A stretch of DNA of 62,587 nt, counting the filler, from Squatina squatina (lineage: Eukaryota), in the NCBI GenBank assembly GCA_031763465.1. It is 4 parts of 3 records of this genome, joined end to end, with 100 filler letters (N's around TTAATTAATTAA, not from the genome) between each part and the next. Parts side by side here need not be neighbours in the genome. Positions count along the whole stretch, not along the records: positions 1 to 22,936 come from JARFOE010000004.1; 3 more parts are not named here. One strand, given 5' to 3'. The notes under the pieces are model-generated. The model ran no database searches. It was not told the DNA's origin and worked only from the letters and a program-made list of their open reading frames with translations. Shown in pieces: positions 1 through 13,193 of this stretch; position 1 is the first letter of the stretch; every line of letters begins with the position of its first letter. A program made the position numbers and the translations under genes.

Positions 1-603
1 CCAAATCCCTACCCCAATCCTTCATTACCCTCCGACCTGCCTACTCTCTTGCCACTGTCCCAGGCTTGGCTCCCTCCTAGATAAGCCTACAGCTTCCCTC
101 TGTGCCTCTCGGCATCCTATGAAGGGCCCATCGAGGCACTCATCACTGCCTCCTTACGAGCAGCAACCCCAATTGCCCCATCCTACTCTCTCGCCGACCT
201 TCCCACCCAGCGCGCCCACTGGGGGTTAATCTTGCCAATCTCCTCCCTGTCCAACTCACCCCCACACCCTCCCCACCCCAGCGCTGATTCTGTGGGGTAG
301 CCATTATTGACCCTCTCTGCATCTCCCTCCAGAATGTCCATTCACTTGCGAACAAGGCCCTTGCCATCCATGAGCTTATTGAGGATGTTGGCATCAACAT
401 TGTGGCCTTGATGGAAACTTGGCTGAGGGGCGGTGACACCTTACCCTCAAAAGCAGGCTCCCCACCTGGATATACCTTCCACCACTTGCCCCTCTCAGAC
501 CGGTGTGGTGGCGGTGTGGTGCTCATCAGCTATCCTTCTACTCCTCCGGCACTTTCTCCTCCTTTGAGCATCTCACCTTATACCACCCCTCTCACCTCTC
601 ATT
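1..603 (+). mobile_element. L2-clade LINE fragment, 5' part of ORF2 (APE endonuclease), degenerate
   Basis: Translates to LQNVHSLANKALAIHELIEDVGINIVALMETWLRG...PPGYTFHHLP..DRCGGGVVLI, which carries the APE motifs N-V-x-S, ETW and GGGV. C/T-rich strand typical of L2. Frameshifted. Confidence 0.85.
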
Positions 604-613
604 NNNNNNNNNN

Positions 614-975
614 ATCCAGGAGCTTATCGTGGATGATTGCATCGACATCATGGCCCTGACCGAAACTTGGTTGAGGGACGATGACACCCTACCCTTAAAT
701 GAAGCCTCACCGCCTGGCTATATCTTCACCACTTAACCCACCCAGACCGCCGTGGTGGCGGTGTGGCTCTCCTCAGCAAATCACACCTTGGTCCGTCCCC
801 CTAGTCCTCCAGCAGTTTCTCTTCCTTTGAGCATCTCACCTTAGTCCACACCCTCACCTCTCATTTAAAATTCTTGTTCTCTACTGCCCACCCAAGTACC
901 ATAAAAATGTTATTACTGATATTTCTTCATTACTTTTCACCATCAGCCTCTGCACCAAATGACTTCTCATCCTCA
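614..975 (+). mobile_element. Second L2 endonuclease fragment
   Basis: IQELIVDDCIDIMALTETWLRDDDTLPLNEASPPGYIF. A divergent copy of the same segment found at 366-603, extending further 3'. Confidence 0.85.
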
Positions 976-1354
976 NNNNNNNNNNNNNNNNNNNNNNNNN
1001 NNNNNNNNNNNNNNNNNNNNNNNNNNNNNNNNNNNNNNNNNNNNNNNNNNNNNNNNNNNNNNNNNNNNNNNNNNNCAAAAAAAAACCTCAGCGCATAAGA
1101 GAGTGCCTAAAACAGGCGAGAATGGGGCGCTAAGTCTCCATCAATTTCGGGCCCTTGGTATTGTTTTTGCAATTGTTAAACCTTTGAGCAAAATTGGAAC
1201 AATATCCTCCAATAAAACTGGAACTGTATCCAGTATAATAAAAAAAGCGAAGAAATCATTTCAAGACTCTATTCTAATCTGTGGTTTATGACAATGTTCT
1301 CAGTTATGTTGTATCTTGTAAAACCTCTCAACTATCCATTCTTCGCTATCTAGT

Positions 1355-2517
1355 CTGGCATTGGCCATCACCGACCCTATCCACATCTCCATCCAGAATG
1401 TCCGTTCACTTGCAAATAAGGCCCTTGCCATCCATGTGCTTATCGCGGACAATTGCATCAACATCATGGCCCTGACAGAAACTTGCTTGAGGGGTGATGG
1501 CACCTAACCCTGAAATTAAGCTTCCCCACCTAGTCATACCTTCCACCACTTGCCCTGCTCAGACCACTGTAGTGGTGGTGTTGCTCTCAGCACCAAATCA
1601 CACCTTGGTCTGTCCTCTTACTCCTCCAGCACTTTCTCCTCTTTTGAGCATCTCACCTTATTCCACCCCCTCACTTCTCATTTAAAATTCTCGTTTTCTA
1701 TCGCCCACCCAAGTACCATAAAAATTTTATTACCAAGATATCCTCACTGCTTTCCTCCCTCAGCCTCTGCACTGAATGACTTTTTATCCTCGGTAATTTC
1801 AACCTCCATCTGAATTCACCATGATCTCCCTCTGAGTTCACTAGCCTCCTATCCTCCTTTAATCTCTCCCTCCATGTAAACTCCCTTACCCATATTCATG
1901 GCCACACCCTGACCTTACCATCGCTCGTGGCCTCACTACTTCCATTGTGTCAATCACAGATAAGGCCATCTCTGACCATTTCCTTGTAATGCTCTCCACC
2001 CACATCAACCCTTGCCCCCCAACAACCCTACTTCCTACTGTGTCCACCCCTGGAAAAAAGTCTCTCCCAACTCACAACTGCACTTATGAAATCCCAACTG
2101 TCCAGCCTTTGACCCTCCATTCACCACGACATTTCTGCAGCTACCAATCTGCTCAATCACACCGTCACCACCACTTTTGATGCCCTAGTCCCTGTTAAAA
2201 CCATTATTCACTCTCACCCTGGCCATTCCCCCTGATACGACCATCATCTTTGCTCCCTTAAATCCAAGGGATGCAGACTTGAATGGATATGGTAGACAAC
2301 TGGTCTAGCCATTCACTGCCAGATCTGGCTGGACCACATAAAGCGTTATCGGGTCCTACTCTCGTCTGCCAAAACTGCTCATTCTGGAATGCAAAAGATA
2401 ACCCCAGTTTCTTTTCTCTACTGCAAATTGTCTTCTTAAAACACCTCCCCTGTCTCCTCCACCCTCATCTCCATCCAACAAGTAGGTTTCAGAAGCTCAT
2501 GGGCTTCTTTGTCTCTA
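1355..2517 (+). mobile_element. Third L2 ORF2 fragment (endonuclease and following region), degenerate
   Basis: Same CAGAATGTCCGTTCACTTGCAAATAAGGCC start as the copies above. Continues through SGGVALSTKSHLGLS, GNFNLHLNS (APE GDFN motif) and SITDKAISDHFLV (APE SDH motif). Many stops and frameshifts. Confidence 0.85.
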
Positions 2518-3318
2518 NNNNNNNNNNNNNNNNNNNNNNNNNNNNNNNNNNNNNNNNNNNNNNNNNNNNNNNNNNNNNNNNNNNNNNNNNNNNNNNNNNN
2601 NNNNNNNNNNNNNNNNNTTCTTATCATTTATTGTAGTTTTCTTGTGCTATGACTCTGAATACATCTGAGCCAAACCATTTTATAACCTTATTGTTCTTTT
2701 ATTGTTGCTTGATGTTATCAGATTATAAAGCTGTCTGCTTGCAGAGAAATTTCATTAATGCACAGCAGCCTGCAATACTCTGGAGAAGGTAACCAGCGAC
2801 TACGGTGAAAACAACAATTTTGCACATTAATCATACTTGAATATAACCCAGGTTTATACATCCAGATCTACACAAACACAAAATCAGATACAATTTGACA
2901 TACTTTTATCACAATCACCAGCTATCTCACAGATATCGGGAACATCCTCAGTCAATTTTTTTTTTGAAGGAATATAGCTGCTAATTTATATAAATAAATG
3001 AAATCTTAACCAGAATTAAACTAAATCAAGCAGAACTAAAGAAGGCATGTTTGATCAATGCTGTTTTCTAAGTTTCTATGTCTTTCTTGAAATATATATT
3101 ATTTTAGGGCAACCATATGTCATTTGAGCATAGTGTGGTAATAGCTATTTGNNNNNNNNNNNNNNNNNNNNNNNNNNNNNNNNNNNNNNNNNNNNNNNNN
3201 NNNNNNNNNNNNNNNNNNNNNNNNNNNNNNNNNNNNNNNNNNNNNNNNNNNNNNNNNNNNNNNNNNNNNNNNNNNNNNNNNNNNNNNNNNNNNNNNNNNN
3301 NNNNNNNNNNNNNNNNNN

Positions 3319-3994
3319 TGGCAGGAGGAAGAGTCCAGTTGCAGATACCAAGAAGGCATGGCTGGAAATTACGACAGAGATGGGCAATAGGAGTGCGGGA
3401 GCGAGGTCTTGGATACAGTGCAGAAGTCGCTTTAATGAGGTCAGGAAAGGTGAGTACAATGCCACATTCAACTATATTCTGATGGGCTTGCCACCCCAGC
3501 TCCATCACTCTGCCTTGCCAAGCCTACTCCTGCACATTACTCCTCACACCAACCTACCTTGCAGGTGTACCCAATCTCTCTCTGTCTATGCACTTACTCA
3601 CATACCCCCATCTGACCATCCCTTACTGCCACTCACCCTTATGTTAATGCAATGTCATGCCTCTGCCTCATAGTCACGTTCTACAGATGTTTCCCATTCA
3701 TCTGTTCCACTTATTCCATGACTCTCACTCAAAGGTCTTTTGATTCCCTCCTTGCAGAGGAGAGTACAGAACACTCGGGAGAGGCACGGAACTGGAAGTT
3801 GTCCTCCAGTCGTAATACCACTGACTGCAGCAGAGGAGGAGATGCAGGGGAGTTGCGGAGTTGTGGGCAGTGGATGATGGAGAGAGGGAGAACTCCCAGC
3901 TACCTGGTGACAGAATTAAATATCACACAGCTACATGGCATTTAACACTTATTCGTGTTGACTTGATGTCAGCAGCCAGTGAAATATGATCATG
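3319..3994 (+). mobile_element. PIF/Harbinger transposon Myb/SANT-like DNA-binding gene remnant with intron
   Basis: KKAWLEITTEMGNRSAGARSWIQCRSRFNE has the trihelix Myb W...W.QC..RFN pattern. Donor AAG|GTGAGT at 3450 and acceptor CTTGCAG at 3757. Then RRVQNTRERHGTGSCPPVVIPLTAAEEE, resembling the Harbinger HN.RE...TGGGPP...LT..EE motif. Confidence 0.7.
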
Positions 3995-4989
3995 NNNNNN
4001 NNNNNNNNNNNNNNNNNNNNNNNNNNNNNNNNNNNNNNNNNNNNNNNNNNNNNNNNNNNNNNNNNNNNNNNNNNNNNNNNNNNNNNNNNNNNNNCACCAC
4101 GAATATCTCAGTTCAGTATGGACCCCTTAACATTAATGTTTGCCCGTGTTTGAACGCTCCAAATCTAAAGTGGCTAATTGGAGGGTTCAAGGCAAATTTT
4201 CAAAGAGTCCCATTTCCAACGCGGAATTCGGCGCTTAGCACTAGAAATGCCCAAAACACGAATTGGCCGCCCAATGGCTTCAGTCTACCCAATATTTAAT
4301 TGAACACAGCCGCAGAGTGCTGGGAAATAAAATGAATGAAGAATCAGTGGGTCATATTTTCCCCAGGTCACTAATTTTAATGATGGTAGCTGTGTATAAA
4401 CAGTGATTCAATACAATAGAAAACAATAATGCACTACTCATCTGTCTTTAATGCTAGACTGCTCTTATCCATAAACGCATTCAGGAAAATTAGTGAAAAA
4501 AAGTATTTGCTTGTTAAAGGCCAGTCATAAATAATTCATGCAAATTATATAGGCAGGGCAGGGAGATGAGGGCAATTATTGAAAATTGAACTCCATTAGT
4601 GAGTTCAAAGAACAGGAGAGTATCACCACAACAGTGAAAGAGATTAAATGGTTCAAACAAACCCCTAAATTACACTCATGCAGAAGTGGAAGAAGATAAC
4701 ACCTGGAGAGAAAGAACCAGTAGGAGCTCCAGAACTTCTATTTATTTTTCAATTAGTATCCATATCCAATGCAGAGCAGCTCTACACTGTGAACTGTTTT
4801 GAGCATTCAGTTGGAATCTCACTAACAGGAAGTGGGCATTCAAAGGGGAATACTATGCACAGCAGCATTTCAGCTGTCAGACTGGGTGAATGCTTACTGT
4901 AGAGTTTGTTTGTTGGGGGGAGGCTTAAATCAGATAATAATTAGCATTTAAAGGACAAGTGTCAAGGAAATGCAAACTCTATTATGGAT

Positions 4990-5046
4990 GATAATAAATG
5001 TGAGGTTATCCACTTTGGTGGCAAGAACAGGAAAGCAGATTATTAT
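4990..5046 (+). mobile_element. CR1 LINE ORF2 fragment
   Basis: KCEVIHFGGKNRKADYY, a typical CR1 post-RT motif. Runs into a gap. Confidence 0.75.
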
Positions 5047-6546
5047 NNNNNNNNNNNNNNNNNNNNNNNNNNNNNNNNNNNNNNNNNNNNNNNNNNNNNN
5101 NNNNNNNNNNNNNNNNNNNNNNNNNNNNNNNNNNNNNNNNNNNNNNAATAGGTGGCAGCTAAAGTTGAGATGACAGAAGCGATCTGTCAATGGTGATAGA
5201 GGTTGCTCCAAGGAGGTGACTCTGGATAGACTTCACTGCAATCACTTCAAACCGCCATAACACTGAAAAGTGTCTTCCAAATCCTGAAGGCTCCAGATTC
5301 TAAGATTGGAAATTGAACAGCTGTGAAATGGTAGCTTTTATACCACTTTTGCAACTGCCAACTATTCAAAGCAATGGAGAATTATTGAGAAACCAACATA
5401 CCTACCTGATGTGATTCCTGAGCGCTGGGAACCTCATAAAAAAAAACTTGGAAAAATCATTGGGACCTGATAAAGTGCTGCTTAAATATCTTTAAGCAGT
5501 TTCTTAAGTATCTCAATTGCCTGAACCGCCGCTTCCTGCCAGGTCTGCAAACCACAGGCAAAGCCGGCACTTGGGAAATTAACAAGGTGGCAGGTTCAGA
5601 GCGGACTTCCGCCCCGCTGTCAACCACTGCCATTTTGACAGCGGACCCGCCTCCAAATTCTGGCCTACGTGCCTAAAACAGAAAACTACTTGTTGCTCAA
5701 CTGAATCACCTGACCAGCACAAATAAAAATCATCGAAGTGTACAATTTAGGACTGTAACCTACACTGATAGAATAACCACAGAGCTGAAGGGATAAGGAC
5801 AACTTTTGAACTCATTCTTGACTAAATGTGACTAACGAGCATTTTGCTTTGTTTGAGGGCAGCCGCCACCTAACTGCACTACCAAGGTGTCCTTGGTCAG
5901 AGCACCAGCATAAATGGAGTGGTAAGTGACCCATCGCCACTTCAGGCCAGTACTGCCCCCTTCCCCCCTTAACTTTATCCTGTGGTATTCAGATTCCAAC
6001 GTAGCATGGAATCTCCACAGGATAGTCAGGCATTCAAGTAGATTTGTAATTTGTATCTTTCCTTATGGCATTGTATCATTTTGTATTACTCTTTGATGCC
6101 AAATATCCCTAAAAACAAATAAATAAAGGCAGAAGTTAGAAAAATAATTGGAATCCTACCATTTATTCTTTGCTTGACGTTGAACTGTCTGTTCTACTGT
6201 CAAGTCAACAGATTTGCCTGAAAGTTAGAATATCTCCTCTCCAATACACTGGAAGAATTTACGATTGTAAAAATAGAACTGGATGCTGAGATAAAATTGT
6301 TGGTGTTACCAAATAACTACTTTCTCTCTCCTCCATTGGTCACTGGGTTTGATGAAGGGTTTCATCATCTGTCAGACAAACATTTGGAGATTCTTATCAA
6401 AACTACTGAGAGGAATGCCCTCCAGCTTCATTCTTCTGCCCACATANNNNNNNNNNNNNNNNNNNNNNNNNNNNNNNNNNNNNNNNNNNNNNNNNNNNNN
6501 NNNNNNNNNNNNNNNNNNNNNNNNNNNNNNNNNNNNNNNNNNNNNN

Positions 6547-6635
6547 GGTGGAAGATCAGCCGTGATCTTGTTGAATGGTGGAGCAGGTTCGAGGGGCCGA
6601 ATGGCCTACTCCTGCTCCTGGTTCTTATGTTCTTA
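6547..6635 (+). mobile_element. CR1 LINE 3' end
   Basis: GATCAGCCGTGATCTTGTTGAATGGTGGAGCAGGTTCGAGGGGCCGAATGGCCTACTCCTGCTCC followed by TTCTTATG-type terminal repeats. Reverse-complement relatives lie at 11563 and 40546. Confidence 0.8.
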
Positions 6636-6904
6636 GGTAATAGTGCCGTGGAATCTTTTGCGTCCTACCGTCAAAGTGACGTGGGAGAAAGGGGAGAACC
6701 CCATGGAAATTCTCCTCGCTGTGTCGCGGGGCGGGTTGGGGGCTGTTTCTGCTGCTGTCGCAAACACCACAATGTGCCCCCCCCCCTTCCCCAGCCTCCA
6801 NNNNNNNNNNCCCCGGGCCACGATGTAAGATGCGGCACTATTGGGCTCCTAACTGAAAAACTGCCCTTTCGCTTTCAGCTGCTGTATCCATGTCTTATGT
6901 TGCA

Positions 6905-7295
6905 AAGAAAGATTTTACATTTCTATAGCTCCTTTTAGGATGTCCCAAAGTGCTTTACAGCCAATTAAGTACTTTTTGAAGTGTAGTCACTGTTGTCAAG
7001 TAGGAAACAGAGCAGCCAATTTGCGCACAGCAAGCTCCCACAAACAGCAATGAGATAATGACCTGATAACCTGTTCTAATGATGTTGGTTGAGGGATAAA
7101 AACCAGGGAGAACTCCCCCGCTCTCCTTCCAACACTGCTGTGGGATCTTTTACGTCTGCCTGAGAGAGCCGACGGGTCACATCCGAAAGATGGCACCCCC
7201 GACAGTGCAGCATTCCCTCAGCACCGCACTGGAGTTCCAGCCTGGATTTATGTGCTCAATTCTTTGGAGTGGAACTTGAATCCATAATTTCTTAG
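6905..7295 (-). mobile_element. SacSINE1/DeuSINE-like SINE, near full length
   Basis: Reverse strand carries Deu-domain motifs (GACGTAAAAGATCCCA, TTATCCCTCAACCAACATCA, TTGCTGTTTGTGGGAGCTTGCTGTGCGCAAATTGGCTGC) and an L2-like tail. Confidence 0.8.
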
Positions 7296-9382
7296 AATAT
7301 ATTGTGCAGAAATTCCAAGTGCCATTTTGGTGTCCAGCCTTGGTCCTGTGCACTGCCAATATTTCCACTGGCAGCTTTTACTGCATCCTATTTTGAAACT
7401 TGAGGTATGGAGATCTTGGACTATCGTCACGGGTGCTCGGGGATTAAATTAAGTGACTTTATTTATTAACTAAAAACAGTGACATAATTTAGCCGTGGCA
7501 TTGCTCGAGTGCAAATTCTGTTTGTATTATGTTGTCAGGTTTGAAACACTTTATTGATTAAATTACAAAGCTATTAGTACTGCCACACAAGAAGGCTCAA
7601 AGACATGATTAGAGGCTGGACCTCTATAACAAAGATCACTTGCTGCTACTGAAATTGGAATGAATAATAGCAGCATGAGGAGACAGCATGTGTCACATGC
7701 ACTATAAGGTGAGCATTGTACTGGTATTACAGACGTGACTTCCTTGACTATAATACAATTCACACGAGCACACATCTGGAAGAATCGTGGAGCTTCTTAT
7801 CCATTTCCAGGAATTGGTCAATTTTGGCAGCGCATTAGGAAATTCTTCTGGCTCATTGTTTCCTCACTGTATGTCATACTTTGTTTAAATTTGGCAAGAA
7901 GCAGTTGCAGGCTTCTGTGTATATATACCCACCTCACCCAATACAGCATAAAATATACAAGCTTCGTGACCAAAGCAGCTGAGAAAATTATTGTAGGAAA
8001 AATGAATCAGTGCTTTATAGTAGAACAAACAAGACCTATTTAAAAGATAATACTCTATACCAAGTTATTTGTTGTCTGTCAAATCCTTTAATCAGGGCAT
8101 AGGGTGAAAGATGTTTTATTGAGCAATTCAGTTTTCATTACGAAGGGTCAAAGCACATAATTGTGTCTTAAGGAAGAAAAATGCAGAGAAACCACATAAG
8201 CGGACAGCAGTGCACATAGCTTGTAAAACAAATTAAAAAGATCAACCTGATAACAAAGTAATCAGTGAGTTATGAAAGTATTATAAGCTGGGTATTTTGT
8301 TTTTTTCATTTTGAATTCTGTGACGTGCAATGGGGCAATCGCTACAGGGTGAACTCACTGTAACAAGCAACATCCGTGACTTGCGAGGACCATATTACGA
8401 GGGTGGAGTATAGTTGCAGGCATTTTGGATGATCTGAAGCAAAGTGGTACTAAAGAAATGTTATCCCATTACTAAATTCATTAACATTCATATTTAATTA
8501 TACAAAAGGCCACTTTGAAACAGCAATGCATAAAGAAAGTATGCAGATACAGATGGGCCGGGGCAGAGTAAAAAAGGGAAAGCTGAAACTTTAGAAGTTG
8601 ACTTCAGGTGCTGTACAGACAGGATGATGATTTGGGAGTGTAATTAAATTGATATAGCGATTGCCAGCCACAACGTTTTAAGGTGACACCCTAGCTTTAA
8701 GTGAATTGTTTAGGTGTTTGGGGATGGGACCAGTGTCCCAGGGGAAACAAGACACGACCTAGAGCAGATCTTGCACGAGAACAGCCATCTGCCTCTTCTC
8801 TTAATCCCTGGTATCTAACAATGTCTACGCAAACACTGCCGCACCACGCCTGCAGGGTGAGGCTTCTATTCTCCCTTTTCCCTTCTAAAATAACTGCCTT
8901 GTCACTCAAATTTTCCTGGTCAGATGCAATTGGCAATTGCCAATGAAAGCAAGAAAAGTCTTTTATTTCAGTCCCAATTGGGGGTTATTATCTTCAGTCA
9001 AGCTGAGCTGGTTTAACGTGAGTTGAATTTATCAATAATGTATGACTACTTCAAACAGAAGGCCTGCCTCTGCAGATCAAAGCAATCCAAATGCAATATC
9101 AGAATTACCAACACTGGCAATGGGCTCAGTTGTTCCTTCTTGCACTACATAAAGGCAAGATCTTCTTTTGCTTCATCTTTTCAACAAAAGTTATGAAGTA
9201 AGTTGAGTCGAACAGCTTTCACCTTTCAGTATTTTTTTGTAGAGATGAGTTATGAAGCCATTCCAAACCTGAACAATTTTCTCAGTGGATTACCACCTTT
9301 GAGCCCCTGATGCCATTTTGGCCTGCCCTGGGCAAGTGCAGTGACGATCTGGATAAGAGATCCAGACCGATACAGTGGCATA

Positions 9383-9733
9383 GCAAGACTTGCATTTACA
9401 TAGTACCTTTCACGACCACCAGACATCTCAAAGTGCATTACAGCCAACTAAGTAGTTTTGCAGCATAGTCACTGTAGATGTAGGAAAAACAGNNNNNNNN
9501 NNATGTTGCACACAGCAAGCTCCCACAAACAGCAACGTGATAATGAGCAGGTAACCTGTTTTTTTTGTTATGTTGATTGAGGGATAAATATTGGCAAGGA
9601 CACAAGGGATAACTCCCCTGCTCTTCTTTGAAATAGTACCATTGGATCTTTTACATTCAACTTGAGACAGCACCCTGATTTCACATCTCATCTGATCTGA
9701 AAGATAGCACCTCTCCCTCAGCACTGCCAGCCT
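9383..9733 (-). mobile_element. SacSINE1/DeuSINE-like SINE
   Basis: Colinear with the 6905-7295 copy (GCACACAGCAAGCTCCCACAAACAGCAA, GATTGAGGGATAAA, GGATCTTTTAC). Confidence 0.8.
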
Positions 9734-9833
9734 NNNNNNNNNNNNNNNNNNNNNNNNNNNNNNNNNNNNNNNNNNNNNNNNNNNNNNNNNNNNNNNNNNN
9801 NNNNNNNNNNNNNNNNNNNNNNNNNNNNNNNNN

Positions 9834-9985
9834 CATTGCAAGTGATTCTCTGGCTATGATTAGATAGATAAAAATGGAACCAGGCGAGTGCAGTCCCATC
9901 TTGCTGGATGGCAGTGGAAAGGTGTTGGAGGAGGGGGGATTGGTCAACCACATCAAAGGCTGCAGACACATCGAGAAGGATAGTT
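9834..9985 (-). mobile_element. L2 LINE reverse transcriptase fragment
   Basis: LLDVSAAFDVVDQSPLLQHLS...DGTALAWFHFYLSNHSQRITCN, matching the LLDLSAAFDTVDH RT motif. Confidence 0.85.
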
Positions 9986-11562
9986 TACCTTTGTTGTTTC
10001 ATACAGTGTAGCCATTAGAATAAATTACATACTTCACGACATTAAACTGTATTTTTGTGAGAAACTTGGAATTGGGGAAAGAGGGGCTAATGTTTCTGGC
10101 TAACATCTCTACACATCAGTGAGTCGTCTCAATGTAGGATATCATGGACTTGATGTGCCAGTTCATGTAAGAGACACGAGTTTTACTTTTGATCATAACT
10201 GCAGTATTTTAAATAAGAATGTAAAATTAAAAGATCACAGTTACGCTCCGTGCCAAGTGAGATGTGAAAGACACCAACTGAATGATGTCAGTGACACCAT
10301 CTGTTAGCATCGATGTTGCCAGGTAACTGAAAAACTTGCCATGGCACAAACTGTGTCGTCGTGGTTGAGTGTTCTGGGCCAACATAAAGGCCTCATTTGA
10401 CACCCATGTACAATCTACATCTGTGCTGAATTTAGTCATATCAAAGTAATAGCAGGGACAGCGGGAGAAACAAAATATAAACTCCTATGCTCTGTCCTAG
10501 AACAGCCAGTTGATTTGCTCTCAAGGTACAGGCACTGCTAACAAGCAGTGACCGAACTGAAAGCTCACAGCTCACCAGAGAAACTCTGCTGAATTGTGAA
10601 CTATTTTCCTGTTAAAAGTTCTTATCCAGCGTATTCCAATGACGAATAAGCACATTTTACTGCACGATTGTTTAAATGCACTGATACTTNNNNNNNNNNN
10701 NNNNNNNNNNNNNNNNNNNNNNNNNNNNNNNNNNNNNNNNNNNNNNNNNNNNNNNNNNNNNNNNNNNNNNNNNNNNNNNNNNNNNNNNNCTCCACCACCA
10801 AATGTTAAAACCAGCCCAAAGTTCTTTTATTTTTATCTTTGGAGGTTAGAAAGTGATCATTTTAATGTTAGGTTTCAATTACAGTAAAATAAAACTTCAA
10901 ACAGGAAGAAAGCAGCTTAGTGCTGCTGAAAATACAATGAACATCACCAATTTTAAATGCACACTAGAGGGAATAGTTGATTTATTTATGGATTTAATTA
11001 TATATTTTTACTGGCTCATAACAGAAGTTTTATCCTTGTGCTTTACACAAGTAATGGCTAAATGAGACTTTTCATCAAAGTAACCATAAACCAAAAGGGA
11101 GCTGATTTAATATTTTAATTTGGAAGAGTTACAATAACTCAACACTTTTCTCCTCTGCAGATTTGTGAGAAAGCATTTAAGTTTTATTACATCCTTAGAG
11201 AGAGCAAAAATAGCCGCAATAATCGACTCAAAGATCTGATGAAAAACATAAATTTTTAAATGGCTATGCAGGAAACCGTTCATGCAGCGGCATGTGGTTT
11301 CAATTTTGGAAGACGTTAGTTAATTGGTGGTGTAGAGTTGCTTTGCATTCGAGGAAAATGTGGCTGAGGCACAGGAGAACGACCACATTCTGAAAGGTGT
11401 CATATCATCAAAGGACTCTAGGGAAATGTCAGCACTAAAATGTCACAACTATTGATTTTTCATTAAGAGTACACTGTAACCATTTCTCTGCAGGACAAAG
11501 ACTAAAGTGTTAGCTGAACTTAAGATGTGATGTTACATTTAGCTAATTCTGAGCTCCAGTAA

Positions 11563-11738
11563 TAAGAACATAAGAAAAAGGAGAAGGAGAAGATCATTCG
11601 GCCCCTCGAGCCTGCTCTGCCATTTAGTAAAATCATAGTTAACTTTTTACCTCAACTCCACTTTCCTGCACTATTCCCATATCCCTTGATTCCCTTAATA
11701 TCCAAAAATCTATCAATCTCTGTCTTGAATATACTCAA
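11563..11738 (-). mobile_element. CR1 LINE 3' end
   Basis: TAAGAACATAAGAA terminal repeat plus CATTCGGCCCCTCGAGCCTGCTC, the reverse complement of the 6547-6635 type. Confidence 0.8.
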
Positions 11739-12017
11739 NNNNNNNNNNNNNNNNNNNNNNNNNNNNNNNNNNNNNNNNNNNNNNNNNNNNNNNNNNNNNN
11801 NNNNNNNNNNNNNNNNNNNNNNNNNNNNNNNNNNNNNNTATTTTCTACCTTGAAAGGAAGCATTTGTGATTCTTTATTGTTTAATGAAAATATTCCAACA
11901 TAAGTAGGAGGAAACAGCCTCCTACTAAATTAAATTGCTCCATCTTAATTATGTTGTGAGTAGGGGGATATTAATTGGGTGATAGATGTCTAAGTAAAAT
12001 TTTTATTTTGGTTACAG

Positions 12018-12189
12018 ATACTATCACTACCTGTACAGCTATTACTTGCCAGCCAGTCTTCACAACATGATAGACCAGATGACTAACTGTGAAGATATCC
12101 TGATGAACTTTCTGGTTTCAGCCATCACCAAACTCCCTCCGATTAAAGTCACACAGAAAAAGCAGTATAAGGAAACTATGATGCAACAG
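12018..12189 (+). CDS. EXT1: Exostosin-1 family glycosyltransferase, penultimate coding exon (equivalent to human exon 10)
   Basis: Acceptor TTTTGGTTACAG and donor CAG|GTATGT, 172 nt. Encodes [57 protein letters not shown] (GT64 domain, NCEDILMNF motif). Length agrees with human EXT1 exon 10 as recalled. Confidence 0.93.
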
Positions 12190-12839
12190 GTATGTATAAA
12201 ATGCTACTCAAATCTCTCACCAATTTTGCAGTTTTCATTTAACTTATAAACACCAAAAATCTGATAAACCACTTCAGAAAAGCATACACTGCCCCCAAAA
12301 AGGTGACAATTCAAAAAAACAACATGCAACTGAAAATTAGTCCTGAATGAAGACCAATGATCAANNNNNNNNNNNNNNNNNNNNNNNNNNNNNNNNNNNN
12401 NNNNNNNNNNNNNNNNNNNNNNNNNNNNNNNNNNNNNNNNNNNNNNNNNNNNNNNNNNNNNNNNTAGCACAGTGAAAATAATGTTTACAATGTTTAGGTT
12501 TATTTGAGGCTAACCTGAAAGTCTCATGTTCTAATTCCAAGAGTATGACTGAGATGATCTGCTCTGTGAGGATTATCTTTTTACAGTATAGGTTTTGTAA
12601 TTGAAAATAATTTCCAATAAACTTAACACTAATACAGCAAGCTAGCCTGCTAATGTACAAACATTGTAGTTACCAAGGTAATGGGTTGGAGGCCATATTT
12701 TATACTTTATATTATACTTCTCATAATCTTGCATAATTATTTACATAACTAAAATTACACAAAGTACACATGCTGTACTGTTACAACAAGTTACAGCTAT
12801 CCATCTTGTATTTTTCTATCGCATATCTGCAAGGTGTGA

Positions 12840-13193
<354 letters not shown>

